Below, piece after piece: positions 49,360 through 58,852 of a DNA stretch of 64,000 nucleotides. Made by a program: the position numbers and the translations under genes. The DNA lies in NCBI GenBank assembly GCA_041483195.1, contig JBGPFC010000014.1:29788-93787 (forward strand), read 5' to 3'. This stretch comes from Candidatus Eiseniibacteriota bacterium (GTDB lineage Bacteria > Eisenbacteria > RBG-16-71-46). The notes beneath the pieces were generated by a model, which was not told the origin of the DNA, searched no databases, and worked only from the letters and a program-made list of their open reading frames with translations. Position 1 is the first letter of the stretch; each line of letters starts with the position of its first letter.

Positions 49360-51900
49360 TCAGTTCTTGAAGATCAGCACTCGCGCCGACTGCTGGTCTC
49401 CCATGCGCAGCCGGTAGAAGTAGGTGCCCGGGTGCACGCGCTGGCCGGTGTCGCTGGTACCGTCCCATCGGGTTTCGTGCGGGCCGGCGGTCAGATCTCC
49501 GCTCACCAGCGTCTTCACCACGCGGCCGGCGACGTCGAAGACGCGCAGGTCCACGCTCGCGTCGCGCGGGATCTCGAACGGGATCACCGCCGCGCCGCGC
49601 GCGGGATTGGGCCGGCTCGGCAGCAACGCGAAGCGGTGGATCGGCTCGTGCCCGGCGGGCGGCGTCAGCATCGGCGGGCGCTTGAGAGCGTGGAACTGGC
49701 CGCGCGAGCTGCCGGCCGGGGCGACGCCCAGGAGCACCGACATGGTTCCCGCTCCGGAGTTCGTGGTGATGAGATCGTCGCTGCCATTGGCGTCGAGGTC
49801 GGCCATGATGAGGCTCTTGGGATTCACGCCCGCCGCGCATCGCTTGTCGGTGAAGGTCTGGAAGCGGGCCTGGCCCTTGTTCTCGAGCAGCTGGATCTCG
49901 GAGGTGGTCGAGATCGCGACCGCGAGATCGATGTCCTGGTCGCCCCGAACGATGGCGGCCTGGATCGAGCGCGGCTGGCGCCCGACCGGGATGTCGGTGC
50001 GCGACCCGAAGGCGCCGGCGCCGTCGTTCAGCAGGATCGAAACGGTGTTCTCCTGGAAATTGCACACCGCGAGATCGTTGTCGCCATCGTGATCGAAGTC
50101 CGCGACCGCCGTGGCCAGCCCCCAGCCCACCGCGTAGCGCTGCTCGGGCTGGAACGTGCCGTCGCCGTGATTGAGATAGATCGAGACGCTCTGGCCGTCG
50201 TAGTTGTTCACGATCAGATCGAAGTTGTCGTCGGCATCGAGCTTGGCCGCGCGGATCTGATATGGCCCGAGCCCGGCCGGGATCTGGGTCGGCGCCGAGA
50301 ACTGCGCGTTGCCCTGGTTGATCATCACCGAGATCGAGCCGTCGTAGATCGCGTCGTTGTAGTTCGCGGTCGCGAGGTCGGGCCGGCCGTCGCCGTTCAA
50401 GTCCACCGCCACGACGAAACGCGGATGCGGACCCACCGGGAGCGTGCGAGAGGCTCCGAAGGTGCCGTCGCCGCGGTTGATGAACAGCAGCAGCGTGCTC
50501 TCGGTGTAATTGGAGACCACGATGTCGGGCCGGCCGTCCCCGTTGAAGTCGGCGCTGGCGAGTCCCTGCGAGAGCGTGCCGATCGGATAGCGCACGTAGT
50601 CCTTGAACGTGCCGTCGCCCTTGCCGATGAACACGCTCAACGTCTGGTCTTCGTTGGCGACCGCGAGGTCGGAGCGGCCGTCGCCGTCGAAGTCCGCGGC
50701 CACGACATCCGAGGGACTGACTCCCGACGCGTAGTCGGTGCGGTCGCAGGTCCGGGGCGCGCCGCCGATCAGCACGGTCATGGTGCCGTCGCCGCCGCCC
50801 GTCCCCATGTCGGCGGTGACGACGTCGAGCCGCCCGTCGCCGTTCACGTCGCCCACGGCAATTCCGTGCGCCCCCATGCCGGTCGCGAAGTAGAGCGCGG
50901 GGTAGTAGAAGGTGCCGTCGCCGCGCCCCGCGAGCGCGATGACCTGGCCGAGATCGTCGCGCGGCGCGGCGACGTCGGCGTAGCCGTCCTGGTCGAAATC
51001 GGCCATCGCGATGCACTCCGCGCGGCCGTAGAGCGGTGTGTTCCCGGAGAAAGCGAACACGCCGGTGCCGGCGTTGAGCAGCACGTTGACCGAGCCGTAT
51101 TCGTCGGCGACCGCGAGGTCGGCATCCCCGTCGTTGTCGAGGTCGCCGATCGCCACGCAGGAGACGTAACCCAGGCCGGAGTAGTCGGCGTGGGGTTCGA
51201 AGGTTCCGTCGCCGTGGTTCAGCAGCACGGAAACCGAGCCGACGTAGTTGCCGGACACCAGATCCACCCAGCCGTCGCCGTTCAGATCGCCGGCCTCGAG
51301 ATCGCGTGGCAGCTCGCCCGTCGCGTAATGGATCGGCGCGTCGAAGCCCGCGCCGGAGTTGTGGAACACCCAGATCCCCGAGGGGTAGCCGCTCACCGCG
51401 ACATCGGCGAGGCCGTCGTGGTCGAAGTCCGCGGTCGCGATCGAGGAGGGTGAAGGCACGCCGTCGAGCGCGAGCGGCGCGCCGAACGTGCCGTCGCCGT
51501 TCCCGATGAGCACCGCGACGCGCGGGTCGGTCGCGCTGGAGTCACTGCCGTATGCCGTCGCCACCACCAGGTCGAGCGCCGCGCCGCCCGCGACGTTCGC
51601 GAGCGCGAGCGCGATCACCGGGTGGGAGACGATCGAAGCGCCGGCCTCGTACGTGCCGTCGCCATGATTCAGGAAGACGCGGATCTGGCTGGAATCCCTT
51701 CCGCCCACCACGGCGTCGAGATCGCCGTCGCCGTCGAGATCGCCGAGCGCGACCGCCTTCGCGCCCGCCCCCGCCGGGTACGACACCATCGGAGAGAACT
51801 CGACGCCGGCGTTCGTGACCGCCGGCAGGACGATGGAGAGTGCGAGAGCGATTGCGAGCAGTGATGCGGCAGCGGCATTACCGCGGATGGGGGCAGTCAT
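49360..51900 (-). CDS. Surface protein with 14 FG-GAP repeats (two propellers) and FlgD/T9SS-like CTD
   Basis: Signal peptide; 14 D[LF][ND]xDGxxD-type blades; SRPNPA...VFDVAGRVVKTL...WDGTSDTGQRVHPGTYFYRL. Confidence 0.85.
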   Translation of the reverse strand: MTAPIRGNAAAASLLAIALALSIVLPAVTNAGVEFSPMVSYPAGAGAKAVALGDLDGDGDLDAVVGGRDSSQIRVFLNHGDGTYEAGASIVSHPVIALALANVAGGAALDLVVATAYGSDSSATDPRVAVLIGNGDGTFGAPLALDGVPSPSSIATADFDHDGLADVAVSGYPSGIWVFHNSGAGFDAPIHYATGELPRDLEAGDLNGDGWVDLVSGNYVGSVSVLLNHGDGTFEPHADYSGLGYVSCVAIGDLDNDGDADLAVADEYGSVNVLLNAGTGVFAFSGNTPLYGRAECIAMADFDQDGYADVAAPRDDLGQVIALAGRGDGTFYYPALYFATGMGAHGIAVGDVNGDGRLDVVTADMGTGGGDGTMTVLIGGAPRTCDRTDYASGVSPSDVVAADFDGDGRSDLAVANEDQTLSVFIGKGDGTFKDYVRYPIGTLSQGLASADFNGDGRPDIVVSNYTESTLLLFINRGDGTFGASRTLPVGPHPRFVVAVDLNGDGRPDLATANYNDAIYDGSISVMINQGNAQFSAPTQIPAGLGPYQIRAAKLDADDNFDLIVNNYDGQSVSIYLNHGDGTFQPEQRYAVGWGLATAVADFDHDGDNDLAVCNFQENTVSILLNDGAGAFGSRTDIPVGRQPRSIQAAIVRGDQDIDLAVAISTTSEIQLLENKGQARFQTFTDKRCAAGVNPKSLIMADLDANGSDDLITTNSGAGTMSVLLGVAPAGSSRGQFHALKRPPMLTPPAGHEPIHRFALLPSRPNPARGAAVIPFEIPRDASVDLRVFDVAGRVVKTLVSGDLTAGPHETRWDGTSDTGQRVHPGTYFYRLRMGDQQSARVLIFKN

Positions 51901-52070
51901 GGCGAGCCTCGTGTCGAATGGGCGGGGCAACCGGCCCCGCGCGTTTCCGGGTGGGCCTTGCATCATGCTCCCGGACCGGGCGTCGATTCAAGCGGCTCGT
52001 CGCGGCCGTGATTCGAGCGGTTTCGCGCGGCCCGGGCTGGGGTCCACGCGCCCCTCGGGGCCGCTCGCGC

Positions 52071-53543
52071 TCAGCCCCGGATCTCGAGCCGCCGCTCCCG
52101 CTCGCGCCACCAGCTCGCGATCTCACCCGCGCTCGTGACCCATGCGCCGCGCGCCGCGAGATGGTCGAGCGTCGCGAGGTAGGCGCGCCACCATCCCGGA
52201 AACTGCGCCTCGGCGGCCGCGTTCGGATGCCAGAGGAGCACCGCGAGGCCGCCTTCCGACTCCACCCGCTCGAGGTGCTCGCGTACCCGCGCCGCAGCGG
52301 CATCGGCGTCGAGGTGGAGCGAGCGGAAGAGCGCGCCGTCCATCGCCGTGAGCGGCAGCTCGAGCAGCTCCATGGGCGCACGCCGCGCGTCGTCCCACGG
52401 ATGGTAGGGCGCCGCGATCCCCGCGCGAAAGCCGGGCGTCTCGTTGTAGCCGAGCGTGCTGTCGTAGCGGAACCCCGCGCGCTGCTGCGCCGCCCACGTG
52501 GCCCGAATGTCGAAGCGCAGGAAGTGCTGGCGAACGCCCATCGCCTCGCGGCCCGATGCGTCCTCGATCTGCTTCTTCTGGCGCGACAGCTCGCCGGGAT
52601 GGGTGTGGCTCAGGTAGCCACCGTGGAGTCCCACCTCGAACCCGCGCTCGATCAGCGTGCGCGTGAGCTGCGCGACGCTCATGCGGTGGCCATCGAACTG
52701 GACTGCATCTTCGAACGTGTAGAGCGCGTCGTACTCGTGGCGCGTGGTGGGCGCCGGGGGACAGAAGTAGAAGCTCGAGCGGAAGCCGCGGCGTGATTCC
52801 TCATCGGCCCAGCGATCGAAGTTCCAGTAGGGATCGCCGCTCCATCCGAAGTGCGTGAGCGCGCGCAGCATCGCGCTCATGCCGCCGCGAAATGCGTAAG
52901 AGTCGCGGCCGCGCGCCTGGCGCAGCAGCCGCCAGGCGGCCGGGACCGAGTAGAGCGTGACGTCGTCCACGTCGTGGGTGAGCGCGGCCGCGAAGCGCGC
53001 GCCGTTCTTCCAGCGCGGCACGGGCTCGACTCGCACGCCGCGCGCCTCGCCCCACGCCGCCACGCGGCGCGCGAGCTGTCGGGCGTGCGCGTTCACCAGC
53101 GGGCGATCGAGCACCCCGAGCGCGTGCGCGCGCGAGAAGAAGCCGCTGAAGCATTCCCACTGATCGCGGCGCGGATTGGCGATTTCCTCCTCGCGCGAGA
53201 GCTGATGCCAGATCGAGTGCAGCCACGCCTCGGGAAGCTCGCGCGGCGAGCGCGGGGCGATCGTCGCGCCGCGCGGCGCGAGCAGCGGCTCGCCGTCGAA
53301 CTGCGCGACCTCGAGGCTCGCGGCGTCCCAGCCGCCCCATTCCGCGCAGGTCACGACCGCGGCGGCCGCGGCCGGGGCGCGCGACGGGACGCCGACGAAC
53401 ACGATCGCGTCGTCTGCCCCCACCTCGCCCGGCGAGGCCGTCGCGCGCCACTCGAGGTCGAGCATGCGCGCGACCGTCTCCATGGTGTAGCGCGCGGCCG
53501 GATTCTCCCACGCGCCCGGGTCGTAGAGCAGACACACCCTCAT
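52071..53543 (-). CDS. Polysaccharide deacetylase family protein
   Basis: LSREEE..RDQW..LDRPLVN N-terminal region; ALTHDVD, FEVGLHG, GVRQHFLRF, YDSTLGY, GFRAG, ELPLTAMD, LLWHPN. Confidence 0.85.
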   Translation of the reverse strand: MRVCLLYDPGAWENPAARYTMETVARMLDLEWRATASPGEVGADDAIVFVGVPSRAPAAAAAVVTCAEWGGWDAASLEVAQFDGEPLLAPRGATIAPRSPRELPEAWLHSIWHQLSREEEIANPRRDQWECFSGFFSRAHALGVLDRPLVNAHARQLARRVAAWGEARGVRVEPVPRWKNGARFAAALTHDVDDVTLYSVPAAWRLLRQARGRDSYAFRGGMSAMLRALTHFGWSGDPYWNFDRWADEESRRGFRSSFYFCPPAPTTRHEYDALYTFEDAVQFDGHRMSVAQLTRTLIERGFEVGLHGGYLSHTHPGELSRQKKQIEDASGREAMGVRQHFLRFDIRATWAAQQRAGFRYDSTLGYNETPGFRAGIAAPYHPWDDARRAPMELLELPLTAMDGALFRSLHLDADAAAARVREHLERVESEGGLAVLLWHPNAAAEAQFPGWWRAYLATLDHLAARGAWVTSAGEIASWWRERERRLEIRG

Positions 53544-54709
53544 GCGCCGGCCGCCGCTGAAGGAGAACCGCCGCCCGCCCCGCCCGCGGCGCCCGCAACG
53601 CCCGCGGCGCGCGACGCGCCCTTCGGGGGCTCGAGCCCCGGCAGGCCGCGGTAGTGGCGCAACAGCGTCTCGCCAACGGCGCGCGTGTCGTGCTCGCGCC
53701 GCACGAACCGCGCGCCGGCTTCGCCAAGGGCCGCCCGGCGCGACGGATCGCTCACCAGCTCGCGCAGCACGTTCGTGATGGTCGCAGGCTCGGCGCTCAC
53801 CACCGGGCAATCGAATTGCGCGGAACGAAGGTCGCCGCGGATGAACGCGACCACCGCGCGCCGCTCCGCCATGCCCTCGATCGCGAGCAGGCCGTACCAG
53901 CCCATCATGAGCTGGTCCACCAGGATGTCGCAGCCCGCGAGAAATTCGGGCATCGCCGCCCACGGCCTGCGATCGATCAGCCGGAGCTCGAGCTTCGGAA
54001 ACTCCGCGCGCAGCGCCTCGACCGCGGCCTCGACGTAGCGCGTGCCCTTGATGAGCCGGTTGGTGGGCGCGTGCGCCACCACCACCGGGCCATTCACCCC
54101 GTCGCGCCGCGCGAAATCGGGCAGCGGGCGGTCGAGCGCCGCGCGCTCCCAGCGGTCCGTCTCGATCGCGAGCGGCAGGTGCACGCCGCGTGGCACCGAG
54201 GCTCCGAGATCGAGCGTCGAGTAGAACACGCGATCCGCGTAGCGCGCGGCCAGCGCGCGCAGCTTCGCCTGCCGCGCGGGAACGCAGAACGGATCGCACT
54301 CGGTGCAGGTCGCGAGCCGCTGGTGGGCGAGCATGTGCGCCTTGTCGCGGATCTCGCAGCCGTGAAAATGAAAGACGATCTTCTTCCCCATCGCCCGGAG
54401 CAGCGGCAGGTCGAGATGGCGCGGCAGGAACGACGTGCCGAAGTGGAAGTGGAAGACGTCGAAGCGCGGCCCCCACCGCGCGAAGGCGTCCAGCATCGAA
54501 GCGGCCTTGCCGAACGGCGTCGCGCGCCGGTCGAGCTCGACGATGAAGTCCGGCCGGCGCCCGTCCCAGTCCACGCGATAGGCGAGCGAATGCGCATCGC
54601 ATCCGTTCTCGGCGAGGCCGCGCGCCAGCATCATCCCCTGGCCCGCGATCTCGTAGCAGCCGTGCAGCACGCGGAGCGGCCGCCCGCGGTAGATGGCGAG
54701 CGCGCTCAT
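53540..54709 (-). CDS. GT-B (GT4-like) glycosyltransferase
   Basis: VLHGCYEIAGQ, FDVFHFHFG, FHFHGCEIR, AHAPTNRLIKGT, DILVDQLMMGWYGLLAIEGMA; ATGA overlaps. Confidence 0.82.
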   Translation of the reverse strand: MSALAIYRGRPLRVLHGCYEIAGQGMMLARGLAENGCDAHSLAYRVDWDGRRPDFIVELDRRATPFGKAASMLDAFARWGPRFDVFHFHFGTSFLPRHLDLPLLRAMGKKIVFHFHGCEIRDKAHMLAHQRLATCTECDPFCVPARQAKLRALAARYADRVFYSTLDLGASVPRGVHLPLAIETDRWERAALDRPLPDFARRDGVNGPVVVAHAPTNRLIKGTRYVEAAVEALRAEFPKLELRLIDRRPWAAMPEFLAGCDILVDQLMMGWYGLLAIEGMAERRAVVAFIRGDLRSAQFDCPVVSAEPATITNVLRELVSDPSRRAALGEAGARFVRREHDTRAVGETLLRHYRGLPGLEPPKGASRAAGVAGAAGGAGGGSPSAAAGA

Positions 54710-55431
54710 CCGAGTCCGTACTCCCCGGGCCTGAGGATGCGGCGCACGCCGCCGCGCAGCAGCCACCACGCGCCAGAGAGCGTGGGCCGGCGCGTGAGCT
54801 TGACGCCCTGGCTCAGCCATTCGTTCCAGATCGAGCCCTGCGCGGTCTCGAAGCGGCGCGGCGCGTGCAGCAGCGCGTGCTTGAGCGCCTCCTCGCCGGC
54901 CGGCCGCCCGCCTTCGAACAGGTTGCGCGCGAGCCCCAGCTCGCGCAGCAGGTGCGCGTCGGGCCCCGCGAGCTCCGGCGCGTGGCGTTTGAACGCGAGC
55001 TCGGCGGCGCGCAGGTTGTCGCCGCGCGGGGTACGGCTGTTGTGCACCTCGATCAGGTCGATGCGCGAGAGCAGCGGCTCGTCGAGCCGGTGCCAGCGAT
55101 AGGGATGCGGCAGCAGCGTGAGCCCGCCCTGCTCGTGAATCTCGTCGCAGATCTCGAGGGCCGAGCCGGTGGTCACCTCGTGCTTCAGGAACAGCCCGAT
55201 CACGTCGCCCTGATCGGTCGCGTACTCCGCGGCCAGGATCACGTGGAGCGCGAGCCCCATCGCCTGCGCGGCGGCGCGGCAATCCACCGACCCCTGCCAG
55301 GTGTCGTGATCGGTCACCGCCAGCACGTCGATCCCGAGCGCTGCGGCGCGGCGAGCCAGCCGGCGCGGATCGCTCCGCGAATCGAAAGAGTGCCGGGTGT
55401 GCGCGTGCTGCACGAACGTCCACGCGCTCAT
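54706..55431 (-). CDS. PHP-domain metallophosphoesterase
   Basis: HAHTRHSFDS, AVTDHD, LPHPY, IEVHNSR, GPDAH. Confidence 0.85.
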   Translation of the reverse strand: MSAWTFVQHAHTRHSFDSRSDPRRLARRAAALGIDVLAVTDHDTWQGSVDCRAAAQAMGLALHVILAAEYATDQGDVIGLFLKHEVTTGSALEICDEIHEQGGLTLLPHPYRWHRLDEPLLSRIDLIEVHNSRTPRGDNLRAAELAFKRHAPELAGPDAHLLRELGLARNLFEGGRPAGEEALKHALLHAPRRFETAQGSIWNEWLSQGVKLTRRPTLSGAWWLLRGGVRRILRPGEYGLG

Positions 55432-56603
55432 CGCATCGCCCGCGCTTCGCGCCACGCCCCGGGCGTGGAGCGTGCCCACTGCGCGATCTCGTAGAACAGC
55501 GGCAGCGGATCGCGCAGGCTGAAGCTGTGCGCGACCCGCGGCGAGAGCGCGTCGAGCAAGACGGCGGGCAGGCTGGCGGGCCGGAACAGCCCGTGCCAGA
55601 GGTCGCCGCCGAATGGCCACGAGAAGCGCACCCGGCGCGGCGCTCCCGCGGGCGGCAGCGCGCGGCCCTCGAGCAGCGCGACCAGGTCGCCCGGGAAATC
55701 CACGCCCGCCGCGAGCGCCACGTCGAGCGAGCCCCAGAACTTCGCGTTGATCTCGATCAGCGCGAGCGGCCCGCCATCGAGCGCACCCTTGAACTCCACC
55801 ATCGCGACGCCGTGCCACGCGAGCGCATCGAGCAGCGCGGTGCCCGCGCGCTCGAGCGCGGGCGCATGCTCGATGCTCTCGGCGCATGCGCTGGTGCCGC
55901 CGCTCGGCGGCCACTCGCGCACGCGGCGGTGCATGAGCGAGCGTCGCTGCGCGCCGTTCCAGTAGAGCGCGCTGAAGCCGAACCCCTCGCCCGCGATGTG
56001 CTCCTGCGCCAGCACCGCGCCGCCCGCGAGCGCGCGCACCGCCTCGAACGCGGGCGCGAGCCCGGCTGGATCGCGCGCGTAGCGCACCGCCTTCACCCCT
56101 TCCTCGCGCGCGGACTTGAGCACCAGCGGCGCGCCGAACGCCGCGAGCGCCCCGCGCGCCTCCTCGATCGATTCCACGCGCCGCTCGCGCGGGGTGCTCA
56201 CGCCGAGCGATCGCGCGAGCGCGGCGGTGCGCGCCTTGTCGGAGGCGGTCGCGAGCGATTCGCGCGGCGGCAGCGCGAGCGTGGCGCCGCGCGGCAGCGA
56301 ATCGCGCAGGCGATCGGCCGCCGCGACCGCGCCATTGCCCACCGGCACCACGGACAGCGGCGCGAGCGAACGGACGATCTCGAGCAGGCGGGCGTCGTAT
56401 TCGGGAGCGCCGGGCGATGGCGCGAGGTGCCAGCGCGCGACCGCGCGCGAATGGATGGCCGGGGCGCGCGCGGATTGCGCGAGCAGATGCACTTCGTGAC
56501 CCCGCCGCGCGAGCTGCCGGGCGATGCCGAGCGTGTGCTTGAACTCCCCGTCGGTGACCAGCACCCGGCCCGGTGGCGGGGCGCTCGCTGAAGGCAAAGC
56601 CAT
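55428..56603 (-). CDS. ATP-grasp carboxylate-amine ligase
   Basis: VLVTDG, SDKART, PLVLKS, LAQEHIAG, RVREWPPSGG, HGVAMVEFK, LIEINAKFWGSL. Confidence 0.85.
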   Translation of the reverse strand: MALPSASAPPPGRVLVTDGEFKHTLGIARQLARRGHEVHLLAQSARAPAIHSRAVARWHLAPSPGAPEYDARLLEIVRSLAPLSVVPVGNGAVAAADRLRDSLPRGATLALPPRESLATASDKARTAALARSLGVSTPRERRVESIEEARGALAAFGAPLVLKSAREEGVKAVRYARDPAGLAPAFEAVRALAGGAVLAQEHIAGEGFGFSALYWNGAQRRSLMHRRVREWPPSGGTSACAESIEHAPALERAGTALLDALAWHGVAMVEFKGALDGGPLALIEINAKFWGSLDVALAAGVDFPGDLVALLEGRALPPAGAPRRVRFSWPFGGDLWHGLFRPASLPAVLLDALSPRVAHSFSLRDPLPLFYEIAQWARSTPGAWREARAMR

Positions 56604-56664
56604 GCGCCGCAGTCTACGCGACAGGCCGCCGCGCGGCGTAACGACCCCCTCCCAAAGGGGCATA

Positions 56665-56677
56665 TGACTGGAGTCCA
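56665..56677. promoter_or_regulatory. Putative TetR operator
   Basis: TGACT-GG-AGTC palindrome core upstream of the TetR-efflux operon. Confidence 0.35.
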
Positions 56678-56738
56678 AGTTTGTGCTTAATTCATTTCTA
56701 TCTCGCGGTCACAATCATTCGAAGTGGAGATTGAAGCC

Positions 56739-57356
56739 ATGACGGAGATCGAGGTCTCACGGCGCGAGCGGAAGAAGGACGAAACTCGCCAGCGCATTTT
56801 CAACGCCGCGATCCGGCTGTTCCGCGATCGCGGTTTCGAAGTCACGACGGTGGACGACATCACCGAGAAGGCCGACGTCGCGAAGGGAACCTTCTTCAAT
56901 TACTTCCCGCGCAAGGACGCCGTGCTGGCGTATCTCTCCGATCAGAATCTCGAGGTGATGGAATCGCGCGCGGGCACCCTGCTCGCGGAAAAGAAACCGG
57001 CGCGCGAGAAACTGATCGAGATTTACACCCGCTGCGCCACCACCTATGCGCAGGATCGAGAACTGTCGCGCTACGTGCTGAACGAGCTCATGCATCGCGC
57101 GTTCAAACCCACCGAGGACAGCTGGTCGCGCTGGCAGAGCCTGATCGTGCGCATGATCGAGCAGGGCCAGGAGGCCGGCGAGCTCGCGCGCGGACTCGAT
57201 CTCGAGCGCGCCGAGGCGGTGCTCACCAGCGTCTACTACGCGCTGCTCTTCCGGTGGGCGAACTGCCAGGAGCTCGAGATCGACGTCGAGGACGAGATGC
57301 GCCGGCGGCTCACGCTCGCGATGGAAGGCATGATCGTCGCGGGAGCGCGGCGGTGA
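56739..57356 (+). CDS. TetR/AcrR-family regulator
   Basis: SRRERKKDETRQRI...GFEVTTVDDITEKADVAKGTFFNYFPRK. Confidence 0.93.
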   Translation: MTEIEVSRRERKKDETRQRIFNAAIRLFRDRGFEVTTVDDITEKADVAKGTFFNYFPRKDAVLAYLSDQNLEVMESRAGTLLAEKKPAREKLIEIYTRCATTYAQDRELSRYVLNELMHRAFKPTEDSWSRWQSLIVRMIEQGQEAGELARGLDLERAEAVLTSVYYALLFRWANCQELEIDVEDEMRRRLTLAMEGMIVAGARR

Positions 57357-58852
57357 TGCGCATCGCGGCACGCGCCCGTGCGCGGCTCCCGATCGCGGCG
57401 ATGGCGATCGCGTGGGCATGGGCCGGCGCCGTGAGCGTGCCCGCGAGCGCCGCGCCCACCATTGCAGCGGCCGCATCCAGGACCGCCGCTCCCGTGGCCG
57501 CCGCGGCCGCTCCCGGCGACACGCTGCACCTCACGATCGAGCAGGCCGTGGCCCGCGCGCTCGAACACGGCGTGGACCTGCGTCTCGCCGACGCCGGCAT
57601 CTCGATCGCGAACGGCCGCGTCCGCGAGGCGCTGGCGGCCGCGTTCCCGCAGGTCAACGGCTCACTCACCTACGGGCGCAAGTTCGACTCGATCTTCAAG
57701 AGCGCGGAAGGCGACACGCTGATCGGGTCGCTGTTCAAGAACAGCCCGTTCGCGGCGGTGCACTCGTGGACCGCCGACATCACGGCGTCGCAGTTGATCT
57801 GGTCGGGCGGCCGGCTGGGCGCGGGGCTCGCCGCCGCCCGGGCGGCGCGGCGTTCGACGCACGCCAATCGCGACGAGACCGCGGCGCTCGTGACCCGCGA
57901 GGTGCGCAAGGCCTACCTCGACGCGGCGTACGCCAGCCAGCTGCTCGCGATCGCCGAGGCCGGGCTCTCGCAGGCGCGCGCGCACATGAACGAGGTCGCG
58001 CTCTACCAGCGCCAGGGCGTGCGCGCCGAGTACGACCTCATCCGCGCGCAGGTGGACGCGGCCAACCAGGAGCCGCCGGTGGTCGGGGCGCGCAACGCTT
58101 CGCAGATCGCGATGCTCGAGCTCAAGCGCCTGATGAGCGTCGCGCTCGATCGGCCGGTCGCGCTCGACACGCCGCTCGCGTTCGAGGCGGGAATGGTCCC
58201 GGTGGTGGAGGACGAGACGCTCGACGCATCGAAGCGCGCGCTGATCGCGCGCGCCGAGGCCGACGTCGAGGCGCGACGGCAGCTGGTGCGGTTCGAGCGC
58301 GCCGCGCGCTGGCCGCAGCTCACGCTCTCGGGCACGCTCTCGGAGCAGGCGTTTCCGCCCACCGAGCGCCCGCGGCGCGACGAGTTCCGGCGCGACCTCA
58401 ACGCGTCGCTCAAGCTGGAGTTCCCGCTGTTCCTCGGCGGCCGCACCTTCGGCGCCGTGCAGCGCGCCACCGCCGAGCTGCGGCAGGCCGAGGCGGAGCG
58501 CGATCGGATTCGCGACGGCAGCAACGTCGAGGTCGAGCGCGCGCGGCAGGAGGTGCGGCGCACGCTCGCGGTGCTCGCCGCGCGGCGCGGCACCGCCCAG
58601 CTCTCGCAGCGCGCGCATCACCTCGCGAACGTGCGCTACACGAACGGCATCGCGACGCAGCTCGAAGTCTCGGACGCGCGCCTTCAGATGCTGACCGCCG
58701 AGACCAACGAAGTGCAGGCGACCCGCGACTACCTCGCGGCGCTGGTGGACCTCGAATACGCGGTGGGCCATCCGCTGCGCACGCGGGGCACGCCGCTCAG
58801 CGAGATCGCCACCAATCTCGAGGATGGAGCAGACGATCATGCGCATCGCTAG
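57356..58852 (+). CDS. TolC-family outer membrane factor
   Basis: ATG overlaps the TetR stop; signal peptide; LTIEQAVARAL, FPQV, YDLIRAQV, RYTNGIATQLEVSDAR. Confidence 0.88.
   Translation: MRIAARARARLPIAAMAIAWAWAGAVSVPASAAPTIAAAASRTAAPVAAAAAPGDTLHLTIEQAVARALEHGVDLRLADAGISIANGRVREALAAAFPQVNGSLTYGRKFDSIFKSAEGDTLIGSLFKNSPFAAVHSWTADITASQLIWSGGRLGAGLAAARAARRSTHANRDETAALVTREVRKAYLDAAYASQLLAIAEAGLSQARAHMNEVALYQRQGVRAEYDLIRAQVDAANQEPPVVGARNASQIAMLELKRLMSVALDRPVALDTPLAFEAGMVPVVEDETLDASKRALIARAEADVEARRQLVRFERAARWPQLTLSGTLSEQAFPPTERPRRDEFRRDLNASLKLEFPLFLGGRTFGAVQRATAELRQAEAERDRIRDGSNVEVERARQEVRRTLAVLAARRGTAQLSQRAHHLANVRYTNGIATQLEVSDARLQMLTAETNEVQATRDYLAALVDLEYAVGHPLRTRGTPLSEIATNLEDGADDHAHR

Noticed and set aside
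49360..51900. Regularly spaced DNA repeats (GCCGTCGCCG...) resembling an array
   Set aside because: They encode FG-GAP blades (GDGTF, DGDG); they are degenerate, not CRISPR, and there are no cas genes
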